Positions 51,485-60,088 of a DNA stretch of 64,000 nt are shown piece after piece; position 1 is the first letter of the stretch; the number at the start of each line of letters is the position of its first letter. The stretch covers positions 672,001-736,000 of the forward strand of contig CAVOKF010000005.1 in NCBI GenBank assembly GCA_963696385.1. Reading direction: 5' to 3'. The notes below the pieces were generated by a model that saw only the letters and a list, made by a program, of their open reading frames with translations, was not told the DNA's origin and did not search any database. The position numbers were made by a program, and so were the translations under genes. Origin of the DNA: an uncultured delta proteobacterium (GTDB lineage: Bacteria > Myxococcota_A > Polyangia > Polyangiales > Polyangiaceae).

Positions 51485-51981
51485 ACAAGCACGACGGTTC
51501 GACGCTCGACTCCCTCTTTGAGGAGTTGGGCGAATTGGAAGAGGTCAACGCGAGGGCGGCCAAGAAGATCCTTGTCATCGAGACCGAGCGGCGGATGAAG
51601 AAGCTCGGCCTCACGACGACCGCTCTCGCCAAGCGGATGGGCACGAGCCGCAACCAGATTCACCGCATCCTCGACAAAGAGGACGCCGGCATCACGCTGA
51701 AAGTGCTTTTTCGCTTGGCAGGAGCGCTCGGGGTGCCGCTGCAGCTCGGCTTCGGGTCTCCCGGTCTGCGAGCGAGGCAACCACGTCGGGCCGCGAAGGG
51801 GCGACAGGCCAGGCAGACGGAGCTGCGAAAACGACGCCGTGTCGCTGGCGTCGGTGACGGTCGTAGCGATACCGGGCCGGGGGGGCAAGGAAGAAGGGAG
51901 CCAGGGGGCGGCGCGGTGGCACGTCGCGTGGACCCGGCTCCGAGCGGCGCAGCCGGACGTTGGAGCCCTCGATGTTCGTAG
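51481..51981 (+). CDS. XRE/HigA-like HTH antitoxin (domain ends near 51760; remainder reads into an IS remnant)
   Basis: HDGSTLDSLFEELG...LAKRMGTSRNQIHRILD...ITLKVL..LA.ALG; ATGA overlap with the toxin. Confidence 0.85.
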   Translation: MNKHDGSTLDSLFEELGELEEVNARAAKKILVIETERRMKKLGLTTTALAKRMGTSRNQIHRILDKEDAGITLKVLFRLAGALGVPLQLGFGSPGLRARQPRRAAKGRQARQTELRKRRRVAGVGDGRSDTGPGGQGRREPGGGAVARRVDPAPSGAAGRWSPRCS

Positions 51982-52041
51982 TATCCCGTTGGACGTTGAT
52001 GGACCCCACGGCCGAGAGGACATCTTGAACGCTGCCGAACA
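51820..52041. mobile_element. IS21-like end remnant
   Basis: 51838-51925 is an inverted homolog of about 58030-58125; terminates in ...CA at the AbiEii breakpoint. Confidence 0.55.
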
Positions 52042-52242
52042 GTTGTCGAGATCCGCCGAGTAGCGATATTCGTCGAAATGCAGAAGCCTCAGAGATGTTC
52101 CGCCCTTGAACACGAGGGTGTGGTTCGCATCGTGGGCCGAGATGAGCGCGACGACGTGGACGAGCACGTAGTCTCGCTCGACAACGCGTGCATTCACGCC
52201 GTCTCTACTCGCGATCTTGGTGATCTGCGCCCTCGACGTCAT
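52042..52242 (-). pseudogene. abiEii: AbiEii nucleotidyltransferase toxin, truncated
   Basis: VERDYVL...LVFKGGTSLRLLHF..YRYSADLD, then breaks. Confidence 0.88.
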
Positions 52243-53033
52243 TGATGCACGATGTTCTGCAGCTCCGATGGCAAGTGATCCCAACGAACCCACCACTTCG
52301 CGTCACGGTAGGACGATGCCTCGTGGCCCGGCTCGAGATCGACGTCACTGCTCGGCTTTCTCAGAGGTTCCAGCCGACCGGCCAAACCAGCAATATGGAG
52401 CGTATCCGCGAGGGAACCGATCCGCCGAAGCGCGGGCCCCCACGACAGCACGCGCGCGTAGTTCGTGAGCCTGTCCGCATCGACATTCTTGGAAGATGCT
52501 GCACCGAGCGCTTCCGCAAGAACGGCGATTCCACCTACGATCTCTGGGCGCGCAGCGGCATCGAGCAGCGAGCGTTCAAGGTCCGAGATGAAGACGCCAT
52601 CCTGTTTCTTCGCCCCTACTTCAAGAGCAGTCTCGGGCTCCTGCACTATCGTGAGTCGCCGTCCGGAGAGCGTTTCGCTGCGCGTCGGCTTGGCGAGTGC
52701 GACTTGGATCGAGCGCGACGGATGTGCGAGAAGATCAAGTTGATCCAACGCGGTTCGGTACGCGACTCGATGTCGAACGTCGCGGAACCCTGCGGCGACC
52801 GAGAGAAGGACATTTTCGGCGGCAGCGGTCGTGCCGAGCGTGCCAAGTTGCCGGATGGCATAGTGCCCACGGCGAACGCGATCGAGAAGCCCGTCACGAA
52901 CAAGTCGAGCGAGAAGGTTGCCCGTTGCGGCGGCAGATCGCCCGAGACGCACGGCAGCCTCAGCTGAGGTGAACTGAGTCAGACCCTCGCTGGCGAACTC
53001 GTCGAGGAACTTCAAACCGGTTAAATGTCCCAT
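52239..53033 (-). CDS. abiEi: AbiEi type IV TA antitoxin / transcriptional regulator
   Basis: wHTH (LARLVRDGLLDRVRRGHY), AYRTAL, ISDLERSLLDA..RPE..GG; overlaps the AbiEii start. Confidence 0.88.
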   Translation of the reverse strand: MGHLTGLKFLDEFASEGLTQFTSAEAAVRLGRSAAATGNLLARLVRDGLLDRVRRGHYAIRQLGTLGTTAAAENVLLSVAAGFRDVRHRVAYRTALDQLDLLAHPSRSIQVALAKPTRSETLSGRRLTIVQEPETALEVGAKKQDGVFISDLERSLLDAAARPEIVGGIAVLAEALGAASSKNVDADRLTNYARVLSWGPALRRIGSLADTLHIAGLAGRLEPLRKPSSDVDLEPGHEASSYRDAKWWVRWDHLPSELQNIVHQ

Positions 53034-53044
53034 GCATCTCATAA

Positions 53045-53098
53045 TTCACGGTTATCGTGAACAAAGCTATGTTTACCACTGTCAAAATAGTTGTCAAC
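53045..53098 (-). promoter_or_regulatory. AT-rich abiE promoter/operator region
   Basis: Two TTGACA hexamers on the minus strand and inverted repeat TTCACG-N5-CGTGAA (53045-53061) just upstream of the start. Confidence 0.55.
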
Positions 53099-53208
53099 AG
53101 CGCGAAGGTCATGTTAAGCGTGTAAATCGCGTCACGTAACGCATGCGTCAGTTGTCACCCGCTGGTACTGGCGCGACCTGTCCTGGCTTCTTGGGCTGTC
53201 CGCCGGCT

Positions 53209-53860
53209 TCAGGCAGCGGCGCGGTAGTCATGATGAAGGCCGCCGAGCACGGGGATGGCCTCGACCGGGCCAGCAAAGTTGGCTCGGGAGCGTTCCGTGC
53301 GGACCGGAACCTGCTGGCCGATGCCCTGGTGAGGCCGAGCCGGGTTGAAGTAGCTCAGGGCATACTCGGCGAGGACATACCGCAGGTGCCGCTCCGACAG
53401 GATGATCACGTGGTCGAGGCACTCGCGGCGGACGCTACCCAAGAAGCGTTTGCACACCGCATTCATCAGGGGCGCCCGGACCGCGGTGTGCAGGACGCGC
53501 GTCCCGACGCCCGCGGCGACGCGGTCGAAGACGGCTCCGAACTTGCGCTCGTGGACGCGAAAGGCCGGGCGTTTGACGGCGCGCGAGGCGACGATGAGCT
53601 GCTGCCGAAGGAGCGCGTTCTCGGCGATGAGCTCGGCGCGGGAGCGGGTCAGGTCGGCGATGAATCCGCGCGCGACGCCCGAAGGACGGCACGCTTGGCG
53701 GAGCGCCCTCATCGCCCGGGCTGCCAGATCGGCGACCCTGGCCGCAAGCCGGGAGACGGGGACGCGGAGTACTCGCGATCCGAGCCGATCCGAGGGCGAT
53801 CATCAAGGCTTGTTCGCCAGCGACTCCTGAGCGATCGTGCGGCGGAGGAGGGAAGTAGCC
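53209..53860 (-). mobile_element. Internally deleted integrase-core (rve) transposase
   Basis: ELIAENALLRQQL joined directly to AP.MNA.C.RFLGSVRRECLDH...RPHQGIGQ...VLGGLHHDYR; most of the DDE core missing. Confidence 0.85.
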
Positions 53861-53989
53861 AACACAGCCCTCAAGCGCCGAGAATACGTCCATTGAATTC
53901 CAAGAACTCAGCCCACTCCGAAACGAAGAAAAGAACACGCTCTGCGCGAAACCCCTTGCCCACGCCACCGGTTCAGAGTCCGATTTGGC

Positions 53990-54195
53990 AGACCGATGCA
54001 AATCGAACCGAACGTCCGGAACCGCAGACCCATCCTACGCACGAGGGCCGGTGCGCCGGCCACCTGTTGGCTCCGAAGGACCGGGACGACAACCGTTGCG
54101 AAGAACAGCATCGAACCAATCCATGCGCACGCGGCGATCACGTGAACATAGACGGACGCGGTGCACACAATTTCAGAGATCACGGCGCCGACCGA
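53990..54195 (-). pseudogene. CopD/DUF4149-like membrane protein fragment
   Basis: VYVHVIAACAWIGSMLFFATVVVPVLR. Confidence 0.5.
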
Positions 54196-54369
54196 GCCTC
54201 TGCATGATTTTTCCCGGCCCGTGCGCGACTCGCGCCCTCGCCGATCGAAGTGGCGTTCGTGCTCGGAACCGAGCGGGACCGGGAAGTCGCCCAAAGCCCC
54301 AGAGCGGCCAGAACCGCCAGGTCGGCGAAGAGCAGCCATGGCTCCTCTCGTCGTCCGCCGCGCTCACAC

Positions 54370-54485
54370 CGCGGGCGGTAATCATGATGGAGTCCGCCTA
54401 CCACGGCGACCGCCGCGGCAGAGCAAGCAGGAGTGCATCGGACACTTGACTCGCAATGGGGATTCGCTGGTCAATCCCCTGGTGA
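54370..54485 (-). mobile_element. Second rve transposase 3' remnant
   Basis: HQGIDQRIP ... VGGLHHDYR in two frames. Confidence 0.7.
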
Positions 54486-54562
54486 GATCGGCTTCAGGGG
54501 CGTCCGCTGTCGCGGCAACCGCGAACCGATTTGGCGAACCGACTTGGCGTGTTGCGTTGGTG

Positions 54563-56239
54563 TCAGGGAGGCAGCGTGGATCCCGCGTCGGTCGCCACGG
54601 TCAGTTGGGCCGGCTGCAGCGTGATCTCACTGGCGATGATGAACGAATTCGAGCCCGTGGAGATGCACCACTCGTCGAAGGGCGTCGGGTAGCCCACCGC
54701 GGGCAAAAAGCAGCAATTCGTGTCGGCGGGGGTCGCGCTCGTGCACGGGTACCAGATGGTCATGTCGTAGTTGCCTACTGCGTCCGGGCTGGTGACCGTC
54801 GTCGTGCAGCCCGCGATGGTCGAAGCTTGTGAAGCGCAGTCGAAAACAACGGCGTCGTCGATGTTCTTACCAAAGACCGGAGCTCCGACGCCGTTCACCG
54901 TCGCGCAGCCGTCGCTGGTGCACGAGGGAACGAGGTACGCGGATCTGGGAAACGGCGGAGGATTTTCAAGCTGGAGGGCGTTCGGATTGGTGACGCCGAT
55001 CGGCGCGAAATAGGAGGCGCCGGCCACGGTACTCGCGCAATAGAGGTAACCTTGGCTCGAAACGCAATTGGATGGGTAGATTGATTCGGGATAGTTCGTC
55101 GTCGTCTGCCACGGCCCGATTGCGCCGTCCGAGACACTCGAAAAAAATATGGGGATCGATAGATAGTAGATGGTCGAGCCGGCAGCGGCGTAGTTGGCGG
55201 AGACAGCCGTCGGAAGGTCGGTCGTGTCCGTCCACGCACCGAATCCGCTCGCAGAGAGGGGCGCGACGTAAGAAGGACTGTAGCAGTCGCCCCCCGGCCC
55301 ATCGGGAGGGCAATCCCCGGCGCCGAAGCAGTAAGCGTAGCCCCCGATGGCGACGCATCCCTCGGTCGCGGTTGGCGGCGGAGTTGTCGGAGCCCACGCT
55401 CCGACGCCGCTCGATGAAAGGGCGGCGTAGTAGGTGTCGTCGCCGGCGACACAATAGATGGTTCCGGAATCGACCAGGCATGTTGGAGCGAACACGGCAT
55501 GCGGGTAAGGGGTCGACGCGGTCCAGGTGCCGATGCCTGGCGACAAAAGCGGCGCGTAGTAGACGTCCGCCGTGGTGCTGGTGCCCCCGTCGGCGTCGCC
55601 GACACGCCCCCCTACACAATAGATAGCGTTGGAGCTGACGACGCAGCTCACGTCGGCGACGGCCTCAGGATAGTCGGCTCCGCGAGTCCAAAACCCAAGC
55701 CCGGCCGAAGATAGCTGGCTGGAATACGTGGACGTGCTCGCCGCCCCGACGCAATAGACCGACCCTAAGTTTGCGACGCAGCTTTGTGGAGCGCAATAAA
55801 GGTTGGGCGTCGTACCGACGCAATCGTTCGCCGCAAGCGGGTAGTCCGCCGTGGACGCCCACGGACCAAGCGCACCGCTATCGCCTGTCGTCTGCGTGCC
55901 GGTATCGCCGGCCTGGGGGGTGCCACCGCTATCGCCTGTCGTCTGCGTGCCGGTATCGCCGGCCTGGGGGGTGCCACCGCTATCGTCTGTCGTCTGCGTG
56001 CCGTTATCGCCGGCCTGGGGGGTGCCACCGCTATCGTCTGTCGTCTGCGTGCCGGTATCGCCGGCCTGGGGGGTGCCACCGCCATCGCCTGTCGTCTGCG
56101 TGCTGGCGTCGTGCGGGTCGGTCGAACTCCCCGCGTCGAGGTGGAGACCCGTCCCGGCTTCGCCCACGGGCGGCGCGCACGCGACAATCGAAAAGGCGAG
56201 CCCTCCGGCGAGAAGGCGGCTCAGAGTCATGGGCGCCAT
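54563..56239 (-). CDS. Lipoprotein with 17-aa repeat linker and Kelch-like Cys-containing beta-propeller
   Basis: Lipobox IVAC; repeated CV....YCVG....Y.A.LS..G.G.W....YP blades. Start may be 56230. Confidence 0.8.
   Translation of the reverse strand: MAPMTLSRLLAGGLAFSIVACAPPVGEAGTGLHLDAGSSTDPHDASTQTTGDGGGTPQAGDTGTQTTDDSGGTPQAGDNGTQTTDDSGGTPQAGDTGTQTTGDSGGTPQAGDTGTQTTGDSGALGPWASTADYPLAANDCVGTTPNLYCAPQSCVANLGSVYCVGAASTSTYSSQLSSAGLGFWTRGADYPEAVADVSCVVSSNAIYCVGGRVGDADGGTSTTADVYYAPLLSPGIGTWTASTPYPHAVFAPTCLVDSGTIYCVAGDDTYYAALSSSGVGAWAPTTPPPTATEGCVAIGGYAYCFGAGDCPPDGPGGDCYSPSYVAPLSASGFGAWTDTTDLPTAVSANYAAAGSTIYYLSIPIFFSSVSDGAIGPWQTTTNYPESIYPSNCVSSQGYLYCASTVAGASYFAPIGVTNPNALQLENPPPFPRSAYLVPSCTSDGCATVNGVGAPVFGKNIDDAVVFDCASQASTIAGCTTTVTSPDAVGNYDMTIWYPCTSATPADTNCCFLPAVGYPTPFDEWCISTGSNSFIIASEITLQPAQLTVATDAGSTLPP
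55874..56103. repeat. 51-bp coding tandem repeat (TQTTGDSGGTPQAGDTG), about 4.5 copies
   Basis: Units start at 55874, 55925, 55976 and 56027; near identical. Confidence 0.95.
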
Positions 56240-56241
56240 AA

Positions 56242-56257
56242 AGCAGCTTTTGTGCCA
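56242..56257 (-). promoter_or_regulatory. Sigma54 -24/-12 promoter candidate
   Basis: TGGCACAAAAGCTGCT (GG-N10-GC); predicted +1 falls next to ATG 56230. Confidence 0.5.
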
Positions 56258-56430
56258 CGCACTTGTGCAAGCAAATCACGCGAATGGCGCGGTGCCAACG
56301 TGTGCCATGAAGCAATCGACGCCACGACTCACAAAGTGCGCGGGAGGGTGACCGGTCGAAAAGGTTGACCTGAGCTGGCTGCTACTCGCGTCCGCCGCAG
56401 GATCACTCATGAATGCGTGCAAAGACTGCC

Positions 56431-58130
56431 GGTCGACGAAGAGCCGCGGAAGAGGGTGCGGACACATATCGCGTCTTCATACGTTGGTACTTAGGGATTC
56501 GGGATCCGGCGCGCTACGGTGCAAGTGCGAGCGGCTCGAGGCCCATAGCGAGACGTCCGCGCTTGCGATCGCGGGCGGGATGGGCGCGGCGAGCGTTGGA
56601 ATCGAGGAACTTGAGCGCTTCGGCGAGGGCACGACGCAATTGGCGCGGTGAGTCGAGGAGGCCGCGGAGGACATCGTCGAAGTAATGCTTGCCGGACGCG
56701 GCGGCTCGCTGGGTCGAAAGCTCCACCCCCAGCGACGCTTGCGCGAAGTGTGCGAGTGAACGTTTCAGAAGGGCTGCGAGCAGGCTCGCCCATATCATCG
56801 CTTTCGCGATAGCGGCCTTGCCCGTATCGAAGGCATGAAGGTTGGCGTGGGATTTGAACTCTTTGAACAGGAGTTCCACCTGCCAGCGGAGGCGATACAA
56901 GCCGGCCACGTCGGCGGCGGAGAAGCCGTTGCGAGCGAGGTTGGTGTGCAGGTACACGAACGTCTTGGCGTTGCGCTGGCCGCGCTTGTAGATCGCTACA
57001 ATTCGCCCGCGATACACGAATGACTTTGCCTGCCATTCGATGTCGAGATCGACCGTGTGGGCCGGAAGCCGGTCCCAGTTCAAGTTTGGCAGAGCAACCT
57101 GGGGATGGGTTTGCCGGCGCTGTCGAAAGCGGCCCGAAGGGTGGGTCGAATCTTCTTGGTGCCGCGGACGATAAAGGCGCCGCCCGCTTGATCGACGTCG
57201 AAAAAGAATTTTTGCTCCTCGTACCCTCGGTCGGCCAGAAAGAGTCGCTCGCGGAGACTCATGGCCTCGGGACGGTAGGTTCGTTCCGGCTCCTTGTCGG
57301 CCGTCAGAGCGACGATGGGCACATCGTCGTTGAGCACGCTCATGGTGACGTGCAGTTCCACGGCGGCCGGCGAGATTTTCGTAAAGCGGCCCGGCCATGT
57401 GCGCCTCAAGTCGTCCTTGAGCGCGAACGACGTCCCGTCGTGAATGACAATGTCCCGAAAGGTCGACAGTTTGGGGGACACGGCGTGAAGAACCGGCTGG
57501 CTCATCTTCTGTACCGTCGCTTCCAGCAGCATCCGAAACATCTCTGGAAAGGACGTCTTCGCGAGCCGGTTGTGAAAGGGCTTATATCGCAGCGAAATGC
57601 CCGCGAATCTCCGGAACGTCCGCAGAATATCGGCCAACCACTTGGCCTGGCCCGACCCGAGCGTGGACAGCACCGCCACGACCATCGCCAGCGGCATCAC
57701 CTTGCGCACGCGCCGTAGCCAGCCGCTACGTCTCGCGATCGCGGTCACCTGCTCCTCGCCGAGTACGTCGGTAAGCCGTTTCGCATACACGCCGACTTCG
57801 GCGCGTGTACCGTTCGATCCGTGCATCGGGGTCTCCTTTCGCGTGTCCCACAACACCGCGTCTAGAGAATCCCCGATGCCTTTGACTACCCAATTCGTGC
57901 ACTATGCACGTAAGTGATCGACATCACTCGAGAAATAAAGATCCTACCTATGATCGCGTCTTAGGAGCGTCCGTTGTCACCGAGCGGCGAAAGATTTGGC
58001 GTATGTTTTGGCCTTTCCTCGCCGCGTGCCGACGACGAGCCACCGCGCCGCTCCTTCGCTCCCTTCTTCCTATGCCTCCTCGGCGCGGTATCGCGACGAC
58101 CGTCACCGACGCCAGCAACATGCACCTATC
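56431..58130. mobile_element. IS21-like end remnant interrupted by IS4
   Basis: GAAGAGCCGCGGAAGAGGG...ATCGCGTCTT resumes after IS4 as AGGAGCGTCCGTTGTCACCGAGCGGCGA, matching the uninterrupted copy at 58953-59030. Confidence 0.8.
56478..57952 (-). mobile_element. IS4-family insertion sequence with frameshifted transposase (57826 to 56514, break near 57090)
   Basis: IHDGT, LFLADRGY, YRLRWQVELLFKEFKS (YREK); ends CATACGTTGG / CATAGGTAGG; 10-bp direct repeat ATCGCGTCTT at 56468 and 57953. Confidence 0.92.
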
Positions 58131-58134
58131 CGCC

Positions 58135-58233
58135 GCCTCGGCGCGGAACCCCAACCGAATCCTGCTCGGGACGTTCGGCGAAAAGGGCCTCTTTCGGATC
58201 GACCATTACCTCGGCAAGCGGCCTGTCCACAGC
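58135..58233 (+). pseudogene. zwf: Internal fragment of glucose-6-phosphate dehydrogenase
   Basis: ASARNPNRILLGTFGEKGLFRIDHYLGKRPVH contains the G6PD signature RIDHYLGK. Confidence 0.85.
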
Positions 58234-58600
58234 GCAGGGGTCCCGTCGAGCAGAGGGTAGAAATGACTGCGCCACTCAGCGAGCAGCGGGCTCTGGCGGA
58301 AGTCGCGTATGCGGGCTTCCAGCGTGTCCCACTGCACTCGCAAGACTTGGCGTCGAAAGGTGGCGCGTGACGGGCGCGCACCGTCGTCCATGATTTGCTC
58401 GAGTTTCAAGAGCAATTCCCGGTACTTGTCATCCGAAGGTGGCGTGTGACAAGCACCCCTCTTTGCTTACCGGTGTGCGCGCTGCCGCGCAGCCTCCTCG
58501 GCGCGTCGCTCGTCCAGGCCCAGGAACGACGCAAGGGGTTCGTCCGAGCGTCGTGCCTTGACGTGGCGAGCATGGAGGGACTCGCCTAAAATCGTAGCGT

Positions 58601-58846
58601 ATGCCGCTCGACACGGATGCGTACGCATTCGAGATGCAGCTGTCGGCACTCCGTCGACTTGGGCCGGAGGGTAGGGTCCGCCTGGCCGCCGAGATGAGCG
58701 AGGACGCGCGCCGCGTCTCGATCGAAGGAGAACAGCGACGCCGTCCGGACCTCACTGCGACGGAGGCCCGCCTTGCAGTACTGCGCAGGGTTTGGGGCGC
58801 CTCGCTCGCGGCTAGGGTCATCGAGGCAGCGGCGTCCCGTCGATGA
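58601..58846 (+). CDS. Small helical protein coupled to a nucleotidyltransferase gene
   Basis: DT...A..MQ...LRRLGPEGRVRLAAEMSE..R; ATGA overlap with the next gene. Confidence 0.7.
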   Translation: MPLDTDAYAFEMQLSALRRLGPEGRVRLAAEMSEDARRVSIEGEQRRRPDLTATEARLAVLRRVWGASLAARVIEAAASRR

Positions 58847-58952
58847 CGACAGAGCTGCAAGGCTTACTCGAGCGACTTGTGCGTCTGCTCGACGCGGCCA
58901 ACGTTCCATTCATGATTGCAGGCTCGTTCGCGAGCAGCGCACACGGGCTGCC
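58843..58952 (+). pseudogene. Nucleotidyltransferase N-terminus, cut by IS21 remnant
   Basis: LVRLLDAANVPFMIAGSFASSAHGLP, broken just before the expected R.T.DID motif. Confidence 0.75.
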
Positions 58953-59678
58953 GAAGAGCCGCGGAAGAGGGCGCGGAACCATATCGCGTCTTAGGGGCTT
59001 CCGTTGTCACCGAGCGGCGATTTGGCGTTTTTTGCTTTTGGGGGAGGCAGAGGAGGGCGAGTGCGGGTCGGGCTCAGGGCGCTGTCGCCAGGATTCGCCG
59101 TCGATGTCGAGGACGTGGCAATGCTGAGTGAAGCGGTCGACGAGCGCCACGACGCACGCGGCTCCGGGGAATACGGTTCCCCATTCCTTGAAGGCGAGAT
59201 TGGTCGTGAACCGTGCTGGCTCGTTCGTGACGGCGACTGACGATGGTGTGTAAGCGTCCGGCGCGCCCCGCTGTTGACCTGAGTCCAAGAATGGTTCAGG
59301 GGGGCGGGCCTTTCCCGCGATGAGGCCCCTGCCAAGTATCGGCGGCGAGCTTCTTGTCCCATTACTCGTCGCGATTGTTGGCGAGCACGCCAAGAGCGAT
59401 CGTCGCGTTGACGTCGTTGCCGCGGCCGCAACAGAGCGCGACCATGCTTGGCGACTTCAGGCCAGTGGTTCAGGGGGGCAGAGGCGAGGCGCTGCGCTCG
59501 TATGGATAGCGGCACGTCGTGCTGGGGTCGCGTCGCGGACTGGCGCGACACTCTGCATCGACGTGACGACGCGCGACGCGTTCGGGGATTGCGGGAGTTG
59601 CGCCAAATCGGCGCGTTTCAATGACAACGGACGCACCTAAGATGTTTCCGCGGGGTCTTCCGCGGCTCTTCGTTGACC
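58953..59678 (-). mobile_element. istB: Internally deleted IS21-family element (both ends, istB 3' fragment)
   Basis: Inverted CGAAGAGCCGCGGAAGA ends; TTNLAFKEWGTVFPGAACVVALVDRFTQHCHVLDIDGESWR. Confidence 0.85.
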
Positions 59679-60088
59679 GATACCCTTTCGACTGGCTACT
59701 CGCCCGGCACGCTCACGAAGAGCGCGCGCCCGGTTGCCTCGTCGACGCGCTCACCGAGCGCTGAAGCAACCTGCAAGGGCGGCAGATTGTTCGGCTTCGA
59801 CGACCCCCGAGTTGCGTGTACGCGGTCGCGCCCCACGAGCCGAACGGGGTGAGCGCGTAGACAGTCCACTCTCCGATCGCGACGTCCGCGTGAATGCGGG
59901 CGCTGCGAGCGCGGGCGCAACCCGGGGACGCACCGCACTCCATGTGAAGTACGCTGCGGTCTGGGTGAGCGCGATCGGCGGCGCGGCCAAGGGCACGAGC
60001 GCGAGGATCGCAGCTGTCTGTGCGCACCGAACTGGTCCTCGCTGTCGTCGATGAGGGCAACGACATGCAAGCCGCCGAGCGCGCTCGG

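Noticed and set aside
59696..60070. Short ORFs downstream of the pectate lyase
   Set aside because: Probably degraded sequence; no family could be assigned.
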